Program-made: the position numbers and the translations under genes
NCBI GenBank assembly: GCA_964574445.1
Contig: CAZNNQ010000006.1
Location: 1,322-65,321 of the forward strand
Source of the DNA: an uncultured Eubacteriales bacterium
Lineage (GTDB): Bacteria > Bacillota > Peptococcia > Peptococcales > SKKY01
Reading direction: 5' to 3'
DNA length: 64,000 nucleotides
Shown here: one piece after another, positions 49,021 to 59,011 of the stretch
How the letters are laid out: each line of letters starts with the position of its first letter
Position numbering within the stretch: position 1 is the first letter of the stretch
Notes under the pieces: generated by a model
Told to the model about the DNA's origin: nothing
Seen by the model: only the letters and a program-made list of their open reading frames with translations
The model's database searches: none

Positions 49021-51087
49021 TTAAACAACAATTTTAGTTATATCTCCAATATCTTCTGGAAGAAGACTGATCGATTTAACTAAAGCAAGTCTATTGTTTT
49101 TAATTTTTTCATCTTCAACCATAACCATAACATTATCAAAAAAATCATTAATTTCTTTTTCTAAAGATGCAATTTCAACAAGAATTTCATAATACTTCTC
49201 TTCTCTTAGAAGTTCCATTACTTTTATCTGCACTTCGATATATGCATTATACAAATTCTTTTCAAACTGATTTTCTAGAAAATCTTCATTGATCTCTGAA
49301 GCCTCACATTTTTTAGTTATATTGTTAGCTCGTAGAAATCCTGCAAGTAGTGCTTCAAATTCCTCTGATTCTTTAATTTTTGAAAGAGCTGCCGCCTTTT
49401 TAATTACTCTAGAAAGCGCTGAATAATCTTTCGCCAGTACCCCATCGATTACATCATAGGAGTATCCTTGTTCTGTAAGAATATTTCTCATTCTTAAACC
49501 AAAGAAATCATAAAGTTTTTGAATAGTTTCTTCTTTTATATCAATTTTACCTTCAAAACTACTTACTGCAATATTTAGAAGTTCTCTTAATGGAAGTTTT
49601 AAATCTCCCTCAATAATTATTTTACATATCCCTTGGGCTTGTCTTCTTAATGCATATGGATCTTGAGAGCCTGTTGGTTCTACTCCAATAGCAAAAGAGC
49701 CTGTAATTGTATCAATTTTATCAGCAATACTGATAATCTTTCCTTCTAATGTTTCAGGAAGAATATCTTCAGCATTTCTTGGAAGATAATGTTCAAAAAT
49801 TGCTTTTGATACTACTTCTTTTTCTCCTGACAAACGAGCATATTTTTCACCCATAATTCCTTGAAGTTCTGGGAATTCATATACCATATTTGTTACAAGA
49901 TCAGCCTTTGCAAGAGTAGCTCCTCTTTCCGCATTTTCTTTTATTTCTTCTGAAACACATAACAATTCGGAAATTTTGGAAGTATTTAAAATTATTCTTT
50001 GTACTTTCTCAAAGATTGTACCTAATTCTTCTTGATACACTACTGTCTTAAGCTTTTCAAGGTTACTTTCTAATGAATTCTTTTTATCTTCTTCATAGAA
50101 AAATTCAGCATCCTTTAATCTTGCTGTAAGTACTTTCTCATTTCCTTCCTTTACTGTTTCAATATGTTGGTTATTACCATTTCTTACAGTAATAAAGTGA
50201 TTTGCAAGATTTCCTTCTTTATCAAATACTGGAAAATATCTTTGATGTTCTTTCATTGGCGTGATAACTGCCTCAGAAGGTATTTGTAAAAAATGTTCTT
50301 CGAAGTCACCAACAAGAGCAGTAGGGTATTCGACTAAATGAACAACTTCCTCTAAAAGATCTTCATCTTCACCAATAAGGAAACCATTTTCTTCTTCAAG
50401 GACTTTCATTTGCTCTACTATTATGCTTCTTCTTTTATCTTGGTCAACAATTACATAGTTCTCTTCAAGTTTCATAAAATAGTCTTGTACGCTTGAAACT
50501 TCAATTTCCCCTTTACCTAAAAAACGATGACCTCTTGTTTTATTACCACTCTGCACACCTTCAATTCCAAAATCTATGAATTTATCTTCATAAATACCAA
50601 GTAACCAGCGAATTGGTCTTGCAAATTTAAAGTCAAAACTCTCCCAACGCATAGGCTTAGGAAAATGTAACCCTACAATCATGCTTACAAAAAACTCAGG
50701 AATTATAACTTCTACATTTTCCCCTTTTAACTGTTTTAAGGCATAGATATACTCTACTCCATCAAGTTCTTTTTTAATTAGCTCTGAGGGGTCTACACCC
50801 TGTCCTCTTGCGAATCCTGCTCCCGCTTTGCTCGGGCTTCCTTCTTCATCAAAGGCTATTTTTACCGCTGGCCCTTTAACTAATTCTTCTATATCACTCT
50901 GCTTTTCCGCAAGACCTTCTACCAATAAAACTAATCTTCTTGGTGTCCCAATAACTTTTATGTTATTAAACTGAATTCTTTTTTCATTAAGATATTTATC
51001 TGCATTTTCCTTTAATTCCTTAATTGCAGAAGGCATAAATCCAGCTGGAATTTCTTCTGTTCCAATTTCCAATAGTAAATCTTTCAT
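49021..51087 (-). CDS. glyS: glycine-tRNA ligase beta subunit
   Basis: The 688-aa ORF begins [15 protein letters not shown] and is typical of GlyS throughout. Confidence 0.95.
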   Translation of the reverse strand: MKDLLLEIGTEEIPAGFMPSAIKELKENADKYLNEKRIQFNNIKVIGTPRRLVLLVEGLAEKQSDIEELVKGPAVKIAFDEEGSPSKAGAGFARGQGVDPSELIKKELDGVEYIYALKQLKGENVEVIIPEFFVSMIVGLHFPKPMRWESFDFKFARPIRWLLGIYEDKFIDFGIEGVQSGNKTRGHRFLGKGEIEVSSVQDYFMKLEENYVIVDQDKRRSIIVEQMKVLEEENGFLIGEDEDLLEEVVHLVEYPTALVGDFEEHFLQIPSEAVITPMKEHQRYFPVFDKEGNLANHFITVRNGNNQHIETVKEGNEKVLTARLKDAEFFYEEDKKNSLESNLEKLKTVVYQEELGTIFEKVQRIILNTSKISELLCVSEEIKENAERGATLAKADLVTNMVYEFPELQGIMGEKYARLSGEKEVVSKAIFEHYLPRNAEDILPETLEGKIISIADKIDTITGSFAIGVEPTGSQDPYALRRQAQGICKIIIEGDLKLPLRELLNIAVSSFEGKIDIKEETIQKLYDFFGLRMRNILTEQGYSYDVIDGVLAKDYSALSRVIKKAAALSKIKESEEFEALLAGFLRANNITKKCEASEINEDFLENQFEKNLYNAYIEVQIKVMELLREEKYYEILVEIASLEKEINDFFDNVMVMVEDEKIKNNRLALVKSISLLPEDIGDITKIVV

Positions 51088-52001
51088 TATTCTGCCTCCT
51101 TTTTATCTAAGCCTAATTTTGCTCTTTCTTCTAAATCCTTTAATAAAGGGTATCCCAAAGCTTCTCTTTGCTTAACATATGCTTTTGCACATTCTCTTGC
51201 CATGTTTCTTACTCTTGCAATAAAGCCAGTTCTTTCAGTTACAGAAATAGCACTGCGGGCATCTAAGAGATTAAATGTATGCGAACATTTAAGTACATAA
51301 TCATAAGCAGGAACAACTAAACCTTTTTCAAGAACTCTCATTGCTTCTTTTTCATAGCTATCAAAAAGTGTGAATAAAAGATCTGTATCTGCGACCTCAA
51401 AATTATAATGTGAAAAATCTACTTCATTTTGCTTATATACATCCCCATAAGATATTCCATCTACCCACTGGATATCATACACACTATTTATTTTCTGAAT
51501 AAACATTGCAATTCTCTCAATTCCATAAGTTATTTCTCCAGCTACTGGTTTACAATCAAGGCCACCACACTGTTGGAAATAGGTAAATTGAGTTATCTCC
51601 ATTCCATCAAGCCAAACTTCCCAACCAAGACCCCAAGCACCTAAGGTTGGAGACTCCCAATTATCTTCAACAAATCTTATATCATGCTTTAATGGATCAA
51701 TACCAATAGCTTCAAGACTTTGAAGATAAAGCTCTTGGAAATTATCTGGAGAAGGTTTTAATATTACTTGGTATTGAAAATAGTGTTGTAACCTATTCGG
51801 ATTCTCACCATAACGACCATCTGTTGGTCTTCTTGATGGTTCTACATATGCAGTTTTCCATGGCTCTGGACCAAGTGCTTTTAAAAATGTTGCAGGGTTC
51901 ATTGTTCCTGCACCTTTTTCAATATCATAAGGTTGCAATATTATACATCCTTGGTCACCCCAAAATTTATTTAAAGCTAAAATTATCTCTTGAAAGTTCA
52001 T
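51087..52001 (-). CDS. glyQ: glycine-tRNA ligase alpha subunit
   Basis: I set the start at [19 protein letters not shown], which follows GGAGGAAGAAA. The 38 extra codons in the track run through the T-box terminator and are not coding. Confidence 0.95.
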   Translation of the reverse strand: MNFQEIILALNKFWGDQGCIILQPYDIEKGAGTMNPATFLKALGPEPWKTAYVEPSRRPTDGRYGENPNRLQHYFQYQVILKPSPDNFQELYLQSLEAIGIDPLKHDIRFVEDNWESPTLGAWGLGWEVWLDGMEITQFTYFQQCGGLDCKPVAGEITYGIERIAMFIQKINSVYDIQWVDGISYGDVYKQNEVDFSHYNFEVADTDLLFTLFDSYEKEAMRVLEKGLVVPAYDYVLKCSHTFNLLDARSAISVTERTGFIARVRNMARECAKAYVKQREALGYPLLKDLEERAKLGLDKKEAE

Positions 52002-52027
52002 TTTCTTCCTCCTTATATTCTTTTTCG

Positions 52028-52222
52028 AAAAAATAAAAACCCCGCCTCTGTCATAATATGACAGGGACGAGGTATACCCGCGGTTCCACCCTAATTGACA
52101 GAAAAAACTGCCCACTTAATAAATACATGACTCTGGAATGCCTTCCCTTGTTTTCACCAGGCTCTCACCACCCCTAGTTCGCTTTATAATAAACAAAGTA
52201 CTTATTTCCTTCATTGCCTTTT
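52028..52222 (-). ncRNA. T-box riboswitch (glycine, GGC specifier) controlling glyQS
   Basis: On the minus strand, the Stem I base reads GGCAAUGAAGGAAAUAAGUA. The specifier region reads GGGAAGGCAUUCC, with GGC followed by A. The T-box sequence is AAUUAGGGUGGAACCGCGGG. A terminator helix (CCCUGUCAU...AUGACAGAGG.GGGG) is followed by UUUUUAUUUUUU. Confidence 0.9.
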
Positions 52223-52259
52223 CCATATTCTTTTTTACATTATTGTTAATTTAACAAAA

Positions 52260-52997
52260 TTACTTTTTTATGTCAATAGAGTCATGGGGATAAGAAAATA
52301 TTTTTAGTTCTTTTCCAATTGTTGCATTTATTTGATTTTGAATAAAGTTGCCAATAGACAAAAGAATCTTAGGAGAAATTTTAAGTCTCTCTATATCTTC
52401 AAGATTCTCATTGATAAAGAAACAAAGTATTTTGAGTGCTCCTTTATCTAAATATTGATCCGTTTTTACTTTTGCACACTGGCTACATAAACAATCTCCA
52501 TTTTCAGTAAAGTAAATCATATCCTCACTTTCACAGATACTACACTTGGTATCTTTAGCCAAAACACCCATCTGATGTAAAAGCTTCGTTTCAAATACTC
52601 TTAATGTTTTTTCTGTTTCTTTATGAGCTAAATAAGCAAAACCCGAAATAGCTAATTTGAAGATTTCCTCATCCTTTTCTTCTTCCATCAATAGTTTATC
52701 TAGAATTTCTGACCATTCAGAGGCCGCCAGAAGTTTCTCATAATTTTCTCTAATTTCAATAAATGATTTCACACAATTTGTCTGGATCATCCTGTAAAAA
52801 TTTTTCCCCTTGTATAATTCTAACTGTACAAAAGAAAAAACCTGAGATCCTCCCCTGATCTTACTTTTACTTCTTCGTACTCCCCGAGCCATAACTTTTA
52901 TTTTACCTAAGTCTTTCGTTAAAACAGTAAGGATCTGGTCATAATCAGAATAATTAAAACCTTTTAAAATTATTCCCTGCGTTTTTATAATCTTCAA
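52260..52997 (-). CDS. recO: DNA repair protein RecO
   Basis: The ORF has an OB-fold N-terminus and a zinc motif (CSICE...CSQC). I chose the TTG start (MKIIKTQGIIL), which lies 1 nt after the feoB stop and has an AAAGGA SD. Confidence 0.85.
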   Translation of the reverse strand: MKIIKTQGIILKGFNYSDYDQILTVLTKDLGKIKVMARGVRRSKSKIRGGSQVFSFVQLELYKGKNFYRMIQTNCVKSFIEIRENYEKLLAASEWSEILDKLLMEEEKDEEIFKLAISGFAYLAHKETEKTLRVFETKLLHQMGVLAKDTKCSICESEDMIYFTENGDCLCSQCAKVKTDQYLDKGALKILCFFINENLEDIERLKISPKILLSIGNFIQNQINATIGKELKIFSYPHDSIDIKK

Positions 52998-52998
52998 G

Positions 52999-54966
52999 TC
53001 AACTCGTCCTTTTTCTTTCAATAATTTTACCTGTAATAAACACAACTACAATTAGTAAAGTAACAGTAAACCAAATCCCCGTAGCTTCATTTGAAAACAA
53101 ACCTGTAAGTTTATTAATAAATCCTCCTGCCAAAAAGGCTACTATGAATGTTGTTAGCCAAATGATTGCACCCTCTTTTTTTGATAATTCTTTAAACATT
53201 ACAAGAACTGTTGCTATACAAGGAACAAAAAGTGTAATCGTTATTAAGGATACCAGGGTAGACATCGGGTCAAGACTAAGTTCTGTAAGTCCTGCAGCAC
53301 CGAAGTCTCTTCTAATTATTCCCATAACAAAGGCTGTCGCAGCTTCTTTTGGAAGATTTAATAGTCCCACTGTAACTGGAGCAAACATATCTTGAACAGC
53401 AGTTAAAAAATTCGTAACTTCCATTATACTTATTAATATAGCCCCAAAAATAAAAATTGGGAAAGCCTCTTTGATAAAAGCTATACTTTTATTAAATGTT
53501 TTCTTAAAAATATTATCAAATCCCGGAATTCTTAAAGGTGGTATATCGATTAATAAGTCTGTTGACTCCCCTGGTATTATTCTGTTTAATAGGGTACCAG
53601 ATATTGCTAAAATTGAAAATATTGTTACTACGTAAAGTAAGATATATTGTGCTCCTAATCCAGAAAGCATCCCAATTATTACCCCAAGTTGTGCTGAACA
53701 TGGGATTGTAAGCACTAAAAGAAATACTGCTATTTTTCTTTCTCTTGATGAACCGAGAAGTCTGGTTACTATGGTTGCTAAAGTAACACATCCCAGCCCA
53801 AGAATGAAGGGAATGACTGCCCTTCCATTTAATCCCATTCTAGAAAGAACTCTATCTGTTAAAACTGCAAGTCTAGGAAGATATCCAGAATCTTCAAAAA
53901 AAGAAAGAAAAAGATAAAATCCTAAAACAAGAGGTAGAAGTAAACCAAAAACATAAGTAATAGCCATCGTCAGTATTCCATATTCACCAATAAGGAAAAA
54001 TCCTGCTAAAGAATCTGGATCAATAACTTTAGAAACAAGATTAATAATTATGGGTTGATAAATCCCTTCCATAACCCTCTCTTCCGTAAAACCTACTATA
54101 TCTTGAGCTACAAAATCTCCGATAAATTTATACATTATATACAGTGCAAAAAAGAGAATGGGAAATCCTGTTTTTTCTTGAAGCATCCACCCACTTAATT
54201 TATCTTTAAAATTTTCTTTATTGTCTGAATGAGTTATTACGTGACTTATGATATCATTTATTTTTTTTCTTCTATTTAGATAAATTTCATCCCTTTTATT
54301 TTCTATCGGAATACCATGTCTTTCAGCTATATATTGATCCCCTTCCAATACCAAAAGTGCTTCACCTTTGCTAGCAACTTTTTTTTGCATTTCTGAAAGG
54401 TCCTTTTCAAGCTCAATACTAGATATTTTTCCCAAACGAGCAAGATTATATTCATTCTTTACTTTTTCTACTCCCTTGCCTTTTACAGCAACAGCTTTAA
54501 TAATTGGAACATCTAATAGATCTCCAAGAAGATCAATATCAATGTATATGCCTTTTGCAGATGCTTCGTCTAACATGTTTAAAACAACTATTATAGGGAC
54601 CCCAGTATCAATAATCTGCTGAGTAAGAAACAAGTCTCGCTCCAAGTGTACCGCATCAACTATATTTATTACCAAATCTGCTTCTAAAATAACATCTCTG
54701 GCAATTCTTTCTTCATCATTAAAGGAAGATATTCCATAAACACCAGGAGTATCTATAATCAAATCATCCTTATATTTTCCATAAGATATGTCTAAGGTTG
54801 TACCCGGATAATTAGAAACATCAACATATAGGCCTGTTAAAGCGTTGAAAAATACAGATTTCCCTACATTGGGATTTCCTGCTAAAACTACCTTCCTTTT
54901 ATGAGGAGGAAGATTTATTTTTATTTCTCCAAAATGAGAATGAATATTTCTCTTTTTTTCTTCCAA
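52999..54966 (-). CDS. feoB: ferrous iron transporter FeoB
   Basis: The 655-aa ORF has an N-terminal G domain (GNPNVGKS, DTPG, NMLD) and a polytopic membrane domain. Confidence 0.95.
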   Translation of the reverse strand: MEEKKRNIHSHFGEIKINLPPHKRKVVLAGNPNVGKSVFFNALTGLYVDVSNYPGTTLDISYGKYKDDLIIDTPGVYGISSFNDEERIARDVILEADLVINIVDAVHLERDLFLTQQIIDTGVPIIVVLNMLDEASAKGIYIDIDLLGDLLDVPIIKAVAVKGKGVEKVKNEYNLARLGKISSIELEKDLSEMQKKVASKGEALLVLEGDQYIAERHGIPIENKRDEIYLNRRKKINDIISHVITHSDNKENFKDKLSGWMLQEKTGFPILFFALYIMYKFIGDFVAQDIVGFTEERVMEGIYQPIIINLVSKVIDPDSLAGFFLIGEYGILTMAITYVFGLLLPLVLGFYLFLSFFEDSGYLPRLAVLTDRVLSRMGLNGRAVIPFILGLGCVTLATIVTRLLGSSRERKIAVFLLVLTIPCSAQLGVIIGMLSGLGAQYILLYVVTIFSILAISGTLLNRIIPGESTDLLIDIPPLRIPGFDNIFKKTFNKSIAFIKEAFPIFIFGAILISIMEVTNFLTAVQDMFAPVTVGLLNLPKEAATAFVMGIIRRDFGAAGLTELSLDPMSTLVSLITITLFVPCIATVLVMFKELSKKEGAIIWLTTFIVAFLAGGFINKLTGLFSNEATGIWFTVTLLIVVVFITGKIIERKRTS

Positions 54967-54971
54967 TTGAA

Positions 54972-55202
54972 CTACCCTCCTTTTTTGACCTCAATTTTTT
55001 CTGCTAATCTTCTTCCAATTGCAATTTCTTGATTACTTTTCTTAATAACTACTGGTCCATTTTTAAAGACTTGAGCTACATAAATATTTTCTCCAGCCTC
55101 AATCCCAAAACGAATCCCTTGGGATTTTACATCACCTTCTGGAAAAGAGACTATTTCTAATATTTCTCCAACTTTTGCTTCACCTAAATGCATGTTAACC
55201 AT
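54972..55202 (-). CDS. feoA: FeoA-family protein
   Basis: The 76-aa SH3-like FeoA pattern lies immediately upstream of feoB. Confidence 0.85.
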   Translation of the reverse strand: MVNMHLGEAKVGEILEIVSFPEGDVKSQGIRFGIEAGENIYVAQVFKNGPVVIKKSNQEIAIGRRLAEKIEVKKGG

Positions 55203-55244
55203 TCCTAACTATTAGTATTAAATAAATCCTTAGCATCTAAGATA

Positions 55245-55892
55245 CTAAGGAAAGATAATCTCTTTTGCGGAACTTGCGCCAATCCTGTCTGCACCAGCCT
55301 CAATAAGTTCTAGTGCAAAATTTCTTGTTTTAATTCCCCCAGAGGCTTTGATTTTTTTTGTATCCCCTACAATTTCTCTAATTAATTTTATATCTTCAAC
55401 GGATGCTCCTCCAGTTGAAAAACCAGTGGAAGTTTTTACAAAGTCAGCATCAGTTTTCAAAATTATCTTACATATTCTTTCTTTTTCTTCTTCTGTTAGT
55501 ACCGCAGTTTCAATAATAACTTTTAATACTTTGCCTTTTCTTTTTGTTAAATTTGCGATTTGATTTATATCTCTAAATACAAAGTCATCTTGTTTATCTT
55601 TTAAAGCACCTATATTTATTACCATATCTAATTCATCTGCCCCCAGAGCTAGAGCTCTTTCCGCCTCTATTAACTTAACCTCAGGAAATGTTGCTCCTAA
55701 AGGGAAGCCAATGACTGTACATAAAGCGGTTTCGCTACCCTCAAGAATCTCTTTACACTTTTCAATATAAATTGGATTCACACAAACTGCTTTGAGGTTC
55801 CATTTTACAGCTTCATGGCATAAATTTGCAATTTGCATTTCACTTGCCTCTGCTTTGAGTAATGTGTAATCAATATATTTTTCGAGATTCAT
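55245..55892 (-). CDS. deoC: deoxyribose-phosphate aldolase
   Basis: The 215-aa ORF contains IDYTLLK, the DMVI region and the Schiff-base lysine context FVKTSTGF. Confidence 0.9.
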   Translation of the reverse strand: MNLEKYIDYTLLKAEASEMQIANLCHEAVKWNLKAVCVNPIYIEKCKEILEGSETALCTVIGFPLGATFPEVKLIEAERALALGADELDMVINIGALKDKQDDFVFRDINQIANLTKRKGKVLKVIIETAVLTEEEKERICKIILKTDADFVKTSTGFSTGGASVEDIKLIREIVGDTKKIKASGGIKTRNFALELIEAGADRIGASSAKEIIFP

Positions 55893-55903
55893 CTTAATTC
55901 CTC

Positions 55904-57259
55904 CTATATAACAAATAATAAAATTGAAGCTAAGGTAGAATAAATAATTAAACCTAGTACATCAATTGCAGTAGTAATAAACGGAGCTGATGCAACCGCT
56001 GGATCAATACCTACTCTTTTAAAAAACAGAGGTACCAAGGTTCCCATTGTTGCGGCAGTGAAAATATTAGCCATCATAGATAATCCAACAACTATTCCAA
56101 GTTTCATATCGTATTGCCAAAAATAAGCTAAAACTGCGACCATTGAACCCATAATCCCACCAATAAGTACGCCAATCTTCAATTCTCTGGTAATGGTCTT
56201 TCTTACTGTTTCTCTGTTTATAAAACCAGTAGCCAAACCCCTGACTGTAACTGTAGATGACTGTGTTCCTACATTCCCCCCCATACCTGCAAGAAGAGGA
56301 ATAAAAAAGGTTAAAACTACCATTTTGTCTAGTTGACCTGAAAAAGCAGCTAAAACGTTTCCAGATATAAATCCTCCTAGTAAAGTTACAAAAAGCCAAG
56401 GTAATCTTGATTTTAATGTGGAGGTTATTTTTGCATTAATATCATCTTCAAGGCCTGATACACCGGCCATTTTATATATATCTTCTTCGGCTTCTTCGTG
56501 AATAACGTCAATTACGTCATCGACAGTAATAATTCCTAACAAATGGTTTTTATCATCAACAACAGGAACAGCAAGGAAGTCATATCTTGCAACAACTTTC
56601 GCAACTTCTTCCTGGTCATCATTTACATTCACACTTATAATGTTGCGCTTCATTACTTCTGAAACCATAAGTTCTTGACTTGCTATTATTAATTCTCTTA
56701 ATGAGATAACTCCCATTAATTGATTTTTTAGGTTAATAACATAGACATAATAGACGGTCTCTGCATTAACTGCATTTTCTCTTAATGCTTTTATAGCTTT
56801 ATCTACAGAAATATTATATGGAATGGCAATAAATTCTGTAGTCATGATACCACCGGCGGTATCATCTTTATAGGATAAAAGTTCCTGAACATCTTCAGCA
56901 GAAGAAATATCAAATAAATCCAGGTATCTCTCTTTGTCACTATCAGGTAGTTCTCCTAAAAAGTCAGCAGCATCATCATAAGGCATATGTTCAAATACTT
57001 CTGTTACTTTTAGGTCTGGTAGAAAAGACAGTAATTGAGCTATTTCTTCTGACTCTAATTCATTTAATACTAATGCAGCTTTTTCTGATTCTAAATGTTC
57101 TATTAAGACTTTTTTATCTTTAAGGCGATTAAGACTTTTTAAAACATCCGCAATATCCGCTTGGTGAGTCTTAGCCAAAATTTCTTTTATTAATGAAAAG
57201 TTCTGCAGAATAACTGCATTTTTTAACTTTTTTTGATCCTGTAATCTAGAATTAACCAT
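55904..57259 (-). CDS. mgtE: magnesium transporter MgtE
   Basis: The 451-aa ORF has the MgtE N domain, tandem CBS domains and a 5-TM channel domain (GMGGNVGTQS). Confidence 0.95.
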   Translation of the reverse strand: MVNSRLQDQKKLKNAVILQNFSLIKEILAKTHQADIADVLKSLNRLKDKKVLIEHLESEKAALVLNELESEEIAQLLSFLPDLKVTEVFEHMPYDDAADFLGELPDSDKERYLDLFDISSAEDVQELLSYKDDTAGGIMTTEFIAIPYNISVDKAIKALRENAVNAETVYYVYVINLKNQLMGVISLRELIIASQELMVSEVMKRNIISVNVNDDQEEVAKVVARYDFLAVPVVDDKNHLLGIITVDDVIDVIHEEAEEDIYKMAGVSGLEDDINAKITSTLKSRLPWLFVTLLGGFISGNVLAAFSGQLDKMVVLTFFIPLLAGMGGNVGTQSSTVTVRGLATGFINRETVRKTITRELKIGVLIGGIMGSMVAVLAYFWQYDMKLGIVVGLSMMANIFTAATMGTLVPLFFKRVGIDPAVASAPFITTAIDVLGLIIYSTLASILLFVI

Positions 57260-57350
57260 AGCTCCTCCTTATTCAGAGCTATCCCTTTCGAAGAAAGCTC
57301 TGTTATTGTTTTTTCGATCGGGGTATTACTTCCATTTTACATTCTCCTCC

Positions 57351-58244
57351 TTAATAGTTTTTATTATCATATCCAAAATTACTCAAGGTTGTATTTTTAT
57401 TTCTCCAGTCTTCTTTTACTTTAACCCAAAGATCTAGAAATATTCTTGCACCTAAAATATATTCAAGCTCTCTTCTAGAATCTTGACCAATTGTTTTCAA
57501 TAGTTGACCTTGTTTACCAATAATAATTTTTTTCTGAGAACTTCTTTCTACATAAATCGAAGCAATAATATTTAGCACTTCACCATTTTTCTTTTCTTCA
57601 AGTTGTTCAATAACCACTGCCACTGAGTGTGGAATCTCTTCTTTTGTTCTTTTTAATATTTTTTCTCTGATGATTTCTGAGATAATAACTTTTTCTGGTT
57701 GATCAGTAACGGTATCGGAAGGATAAAACATTGGCCCTTCTTCAAGGTAGTCTTTAGCTTTCTCTATTAATTCCTCAATATTATCTTTCTTTAAAGCAGA
57801 AATAGGAAAAATCTCAGCAAATTCTAATTTTCTCTGCCAAAAGTCTATTTTTCTCAATAAGTCTTCCTTTGAAATAAGATCTATTTTATTTAATATTAAA
57901 AAAATAGGAAGTTTACTGTTTTTAAGTCTTTCTACTATATATTCTTCCCCACCCTTAAAATCTACTGATGCATCAACTAAATAAAAAACAAGGTCAACAT
58001 CACGAATAGTTTTTTCTGCTACATCTACCATGTATTCTCCTAAACGATGTTTAGGTTTATGAATACCCGGTGTATCAAGAAAAACCATTTGTACATCATC
58101 TTTAGTATATATACCAGTTATTCTATTTCTAGTTGTCTGGGGCTTGTCTGACATAATAGCAACTTTTTTTCCTAATATTTCATTCATAAGAGTAGATTTC
58201 CCAGCATTAGGTCTTCCTATAAGTGCAACAAATCCTGATTTCAT
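57351..58244 (-). CDS. era: GTPase Era
   Basis: The 297-aa ORF contains GRPNAGKST, DTPG, NKID and a KH domain. Confidence 0.95.
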   Translation of the reverse strand: MKSGFVALIGRPNAGKSTLMNEILGKKVAIMSDKPQTTRNRITGIYTKDDVQMVFLDTPGIHKPKHRLGEYMVDVAEKTIRDVDLVFYLVDASVDFKGGEEYIVERLKNSKLPIFLILNKIDLISKEDLLRKIDFWQRKLEFAEIFPISALKKDNIEELIEKAKDYLEEGPMFYPSDTVTDQPEKVIISEIIREKILKRTKEEIPHSVAVVIEQLEEKKNGEVLNIIASIYVERSSQKKIIIGKQGQLLKTIGQDSRRELEYILGARIFLDLWVKVKEDWRNKNTTLSNFGYDNKNY

Positions 58245-58639
58245 TAATTCCCTTCTTTCAGATCATATTCAAAAGCCATAGGTAAAAGCTGTCTTAAAGT
58301 AACAGTTTTTATACCATTCTTCCACTTGATTGTTACTTCTAGATCATCTGCAAATTCTTTTAACACTTGGAGACATGCTCCACAAGGGGTTACGATTGTA
58401 TCAGCTTCTGTGACAAGTGCTAATTTTTCAAAACACTTTTGCCCCTGTCCTACAGCTGAAAAAACAGCGTTCCTCTCTGCACATACAGTCATACCAAAAC
58501 TTACGTTTTCAATATTTGTTCCCGTATATACCTTTCCATCACAACCTAAAAGAGCAGCCCCTACTTTAAATTTGGAATAAGGTGAGTAGGATTTTTCCAT
58601 CACTTTTTCTGCCAAAATCATCAATTCTTCATTAGTCAC
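58244..58639 (-). CDS. cdd: cytidine deaminase
   Basis: The ORF contains CAERNA and PCGACLQ zinc ligands. I chose the GTG start 9 nt after AAAGGA; the track start is a TTG overlapping dgkA. Confidence 0.9.
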   Translation of the reverse strand: MTNEELMILAEKVMEKSYSPYSKFKVGAALLGCDGKVYTGTNIENVSFGMTVCAERNAVFSAVGQGQKCFEKLALVTEADTIVTPCGACLQVLKEFADDLEVTIKWKNGIKTVTLRQLLPMAFEYDLKEGN

Positions 58640-58652
58640 AAAATCACATCCT

Positions 58653-59003
58653 TTACGCAATTAAAAATATTAAAAATCCATTAATAACAGCAACAATACT
58701 TACAACAAGAACTGCTCCCGCAGCCATATCTTTTATTCTTTTTGCCTCTATATTATAATCTTGCACAATTAAATCTACTGTTCTCTCAAAAGCTGAATTA
58801 ATTACTTCAACAGATATAACCATTCCAATTTGAAGAAAAAGAAGCACCCACCTTATTGCAGAAAGTTTAAAAAACAAACCTAAAACAATAACAGTTATCA
58901 TCGCCAAAAAATGAATTTTAAAATTTTTTTCATTTTTGAAAGCAAAGGTCATCCCAGAAAAAGCATGTCTAAAGCTTTCAAGTAGATTTTTCGATTTATA
59001 CAT
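58653..59003 (-). CDS. dgkA: diacylglycerol/undecaprenol kinase (DgkA family)
   Basis: The 116-aa ORF has 3 TM segments and contains NSAFE and KD.AAGAVL. Confidence 0.85.
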   Translation of the reverse strand: MYKSKNLLESFRHAFSGMTFAFKNEKNFKIHFLAMITVIVLGLFFKLSAIRWVLLFLQIGMVISVEVINSAFERTVDLIVQDYNIEAKRIKDMAAGAVLVVSIVAVINGFLIFLIA

Positions 59004-59011
59004 ATTTTACA

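Noticed and set aside
52002-52115. N-terminal 38-codon extension of glyQ in the ORF track
   Set aside because: The extension runs through the T-box antiterminator and terminator. The conserved GlyQ N-terminus (MNFQEIIL...) starts at 52001 with a strong SD.
55203-55244. Fur box upstream of feoA (TTAATACTAATAGTTA)
   Set aside because: It matches the 7-1-7 TGATAATnATTATCA consensus poorly. The segment is better explained as a weak hairpin at the deoC stop plus the feoA SD. No separate promoter is visible there.
53516-56399. Alternative-frame minus-strand ORFs inside feoB (53516-53791) and mgtE (56067-56399)
   Set aside because: Both are embedded out of frame within strongly supported transporter genes and have no SD and no recognisable domains.
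57260-57350. M-box (ykoK) Mg2+ riboswitch upstream of mgtE
   Set aside because: The gap is only 91 nt, which is too short for the M-box of roughly 170 nt, and it lacks the M-box's conserved multi-helix core.
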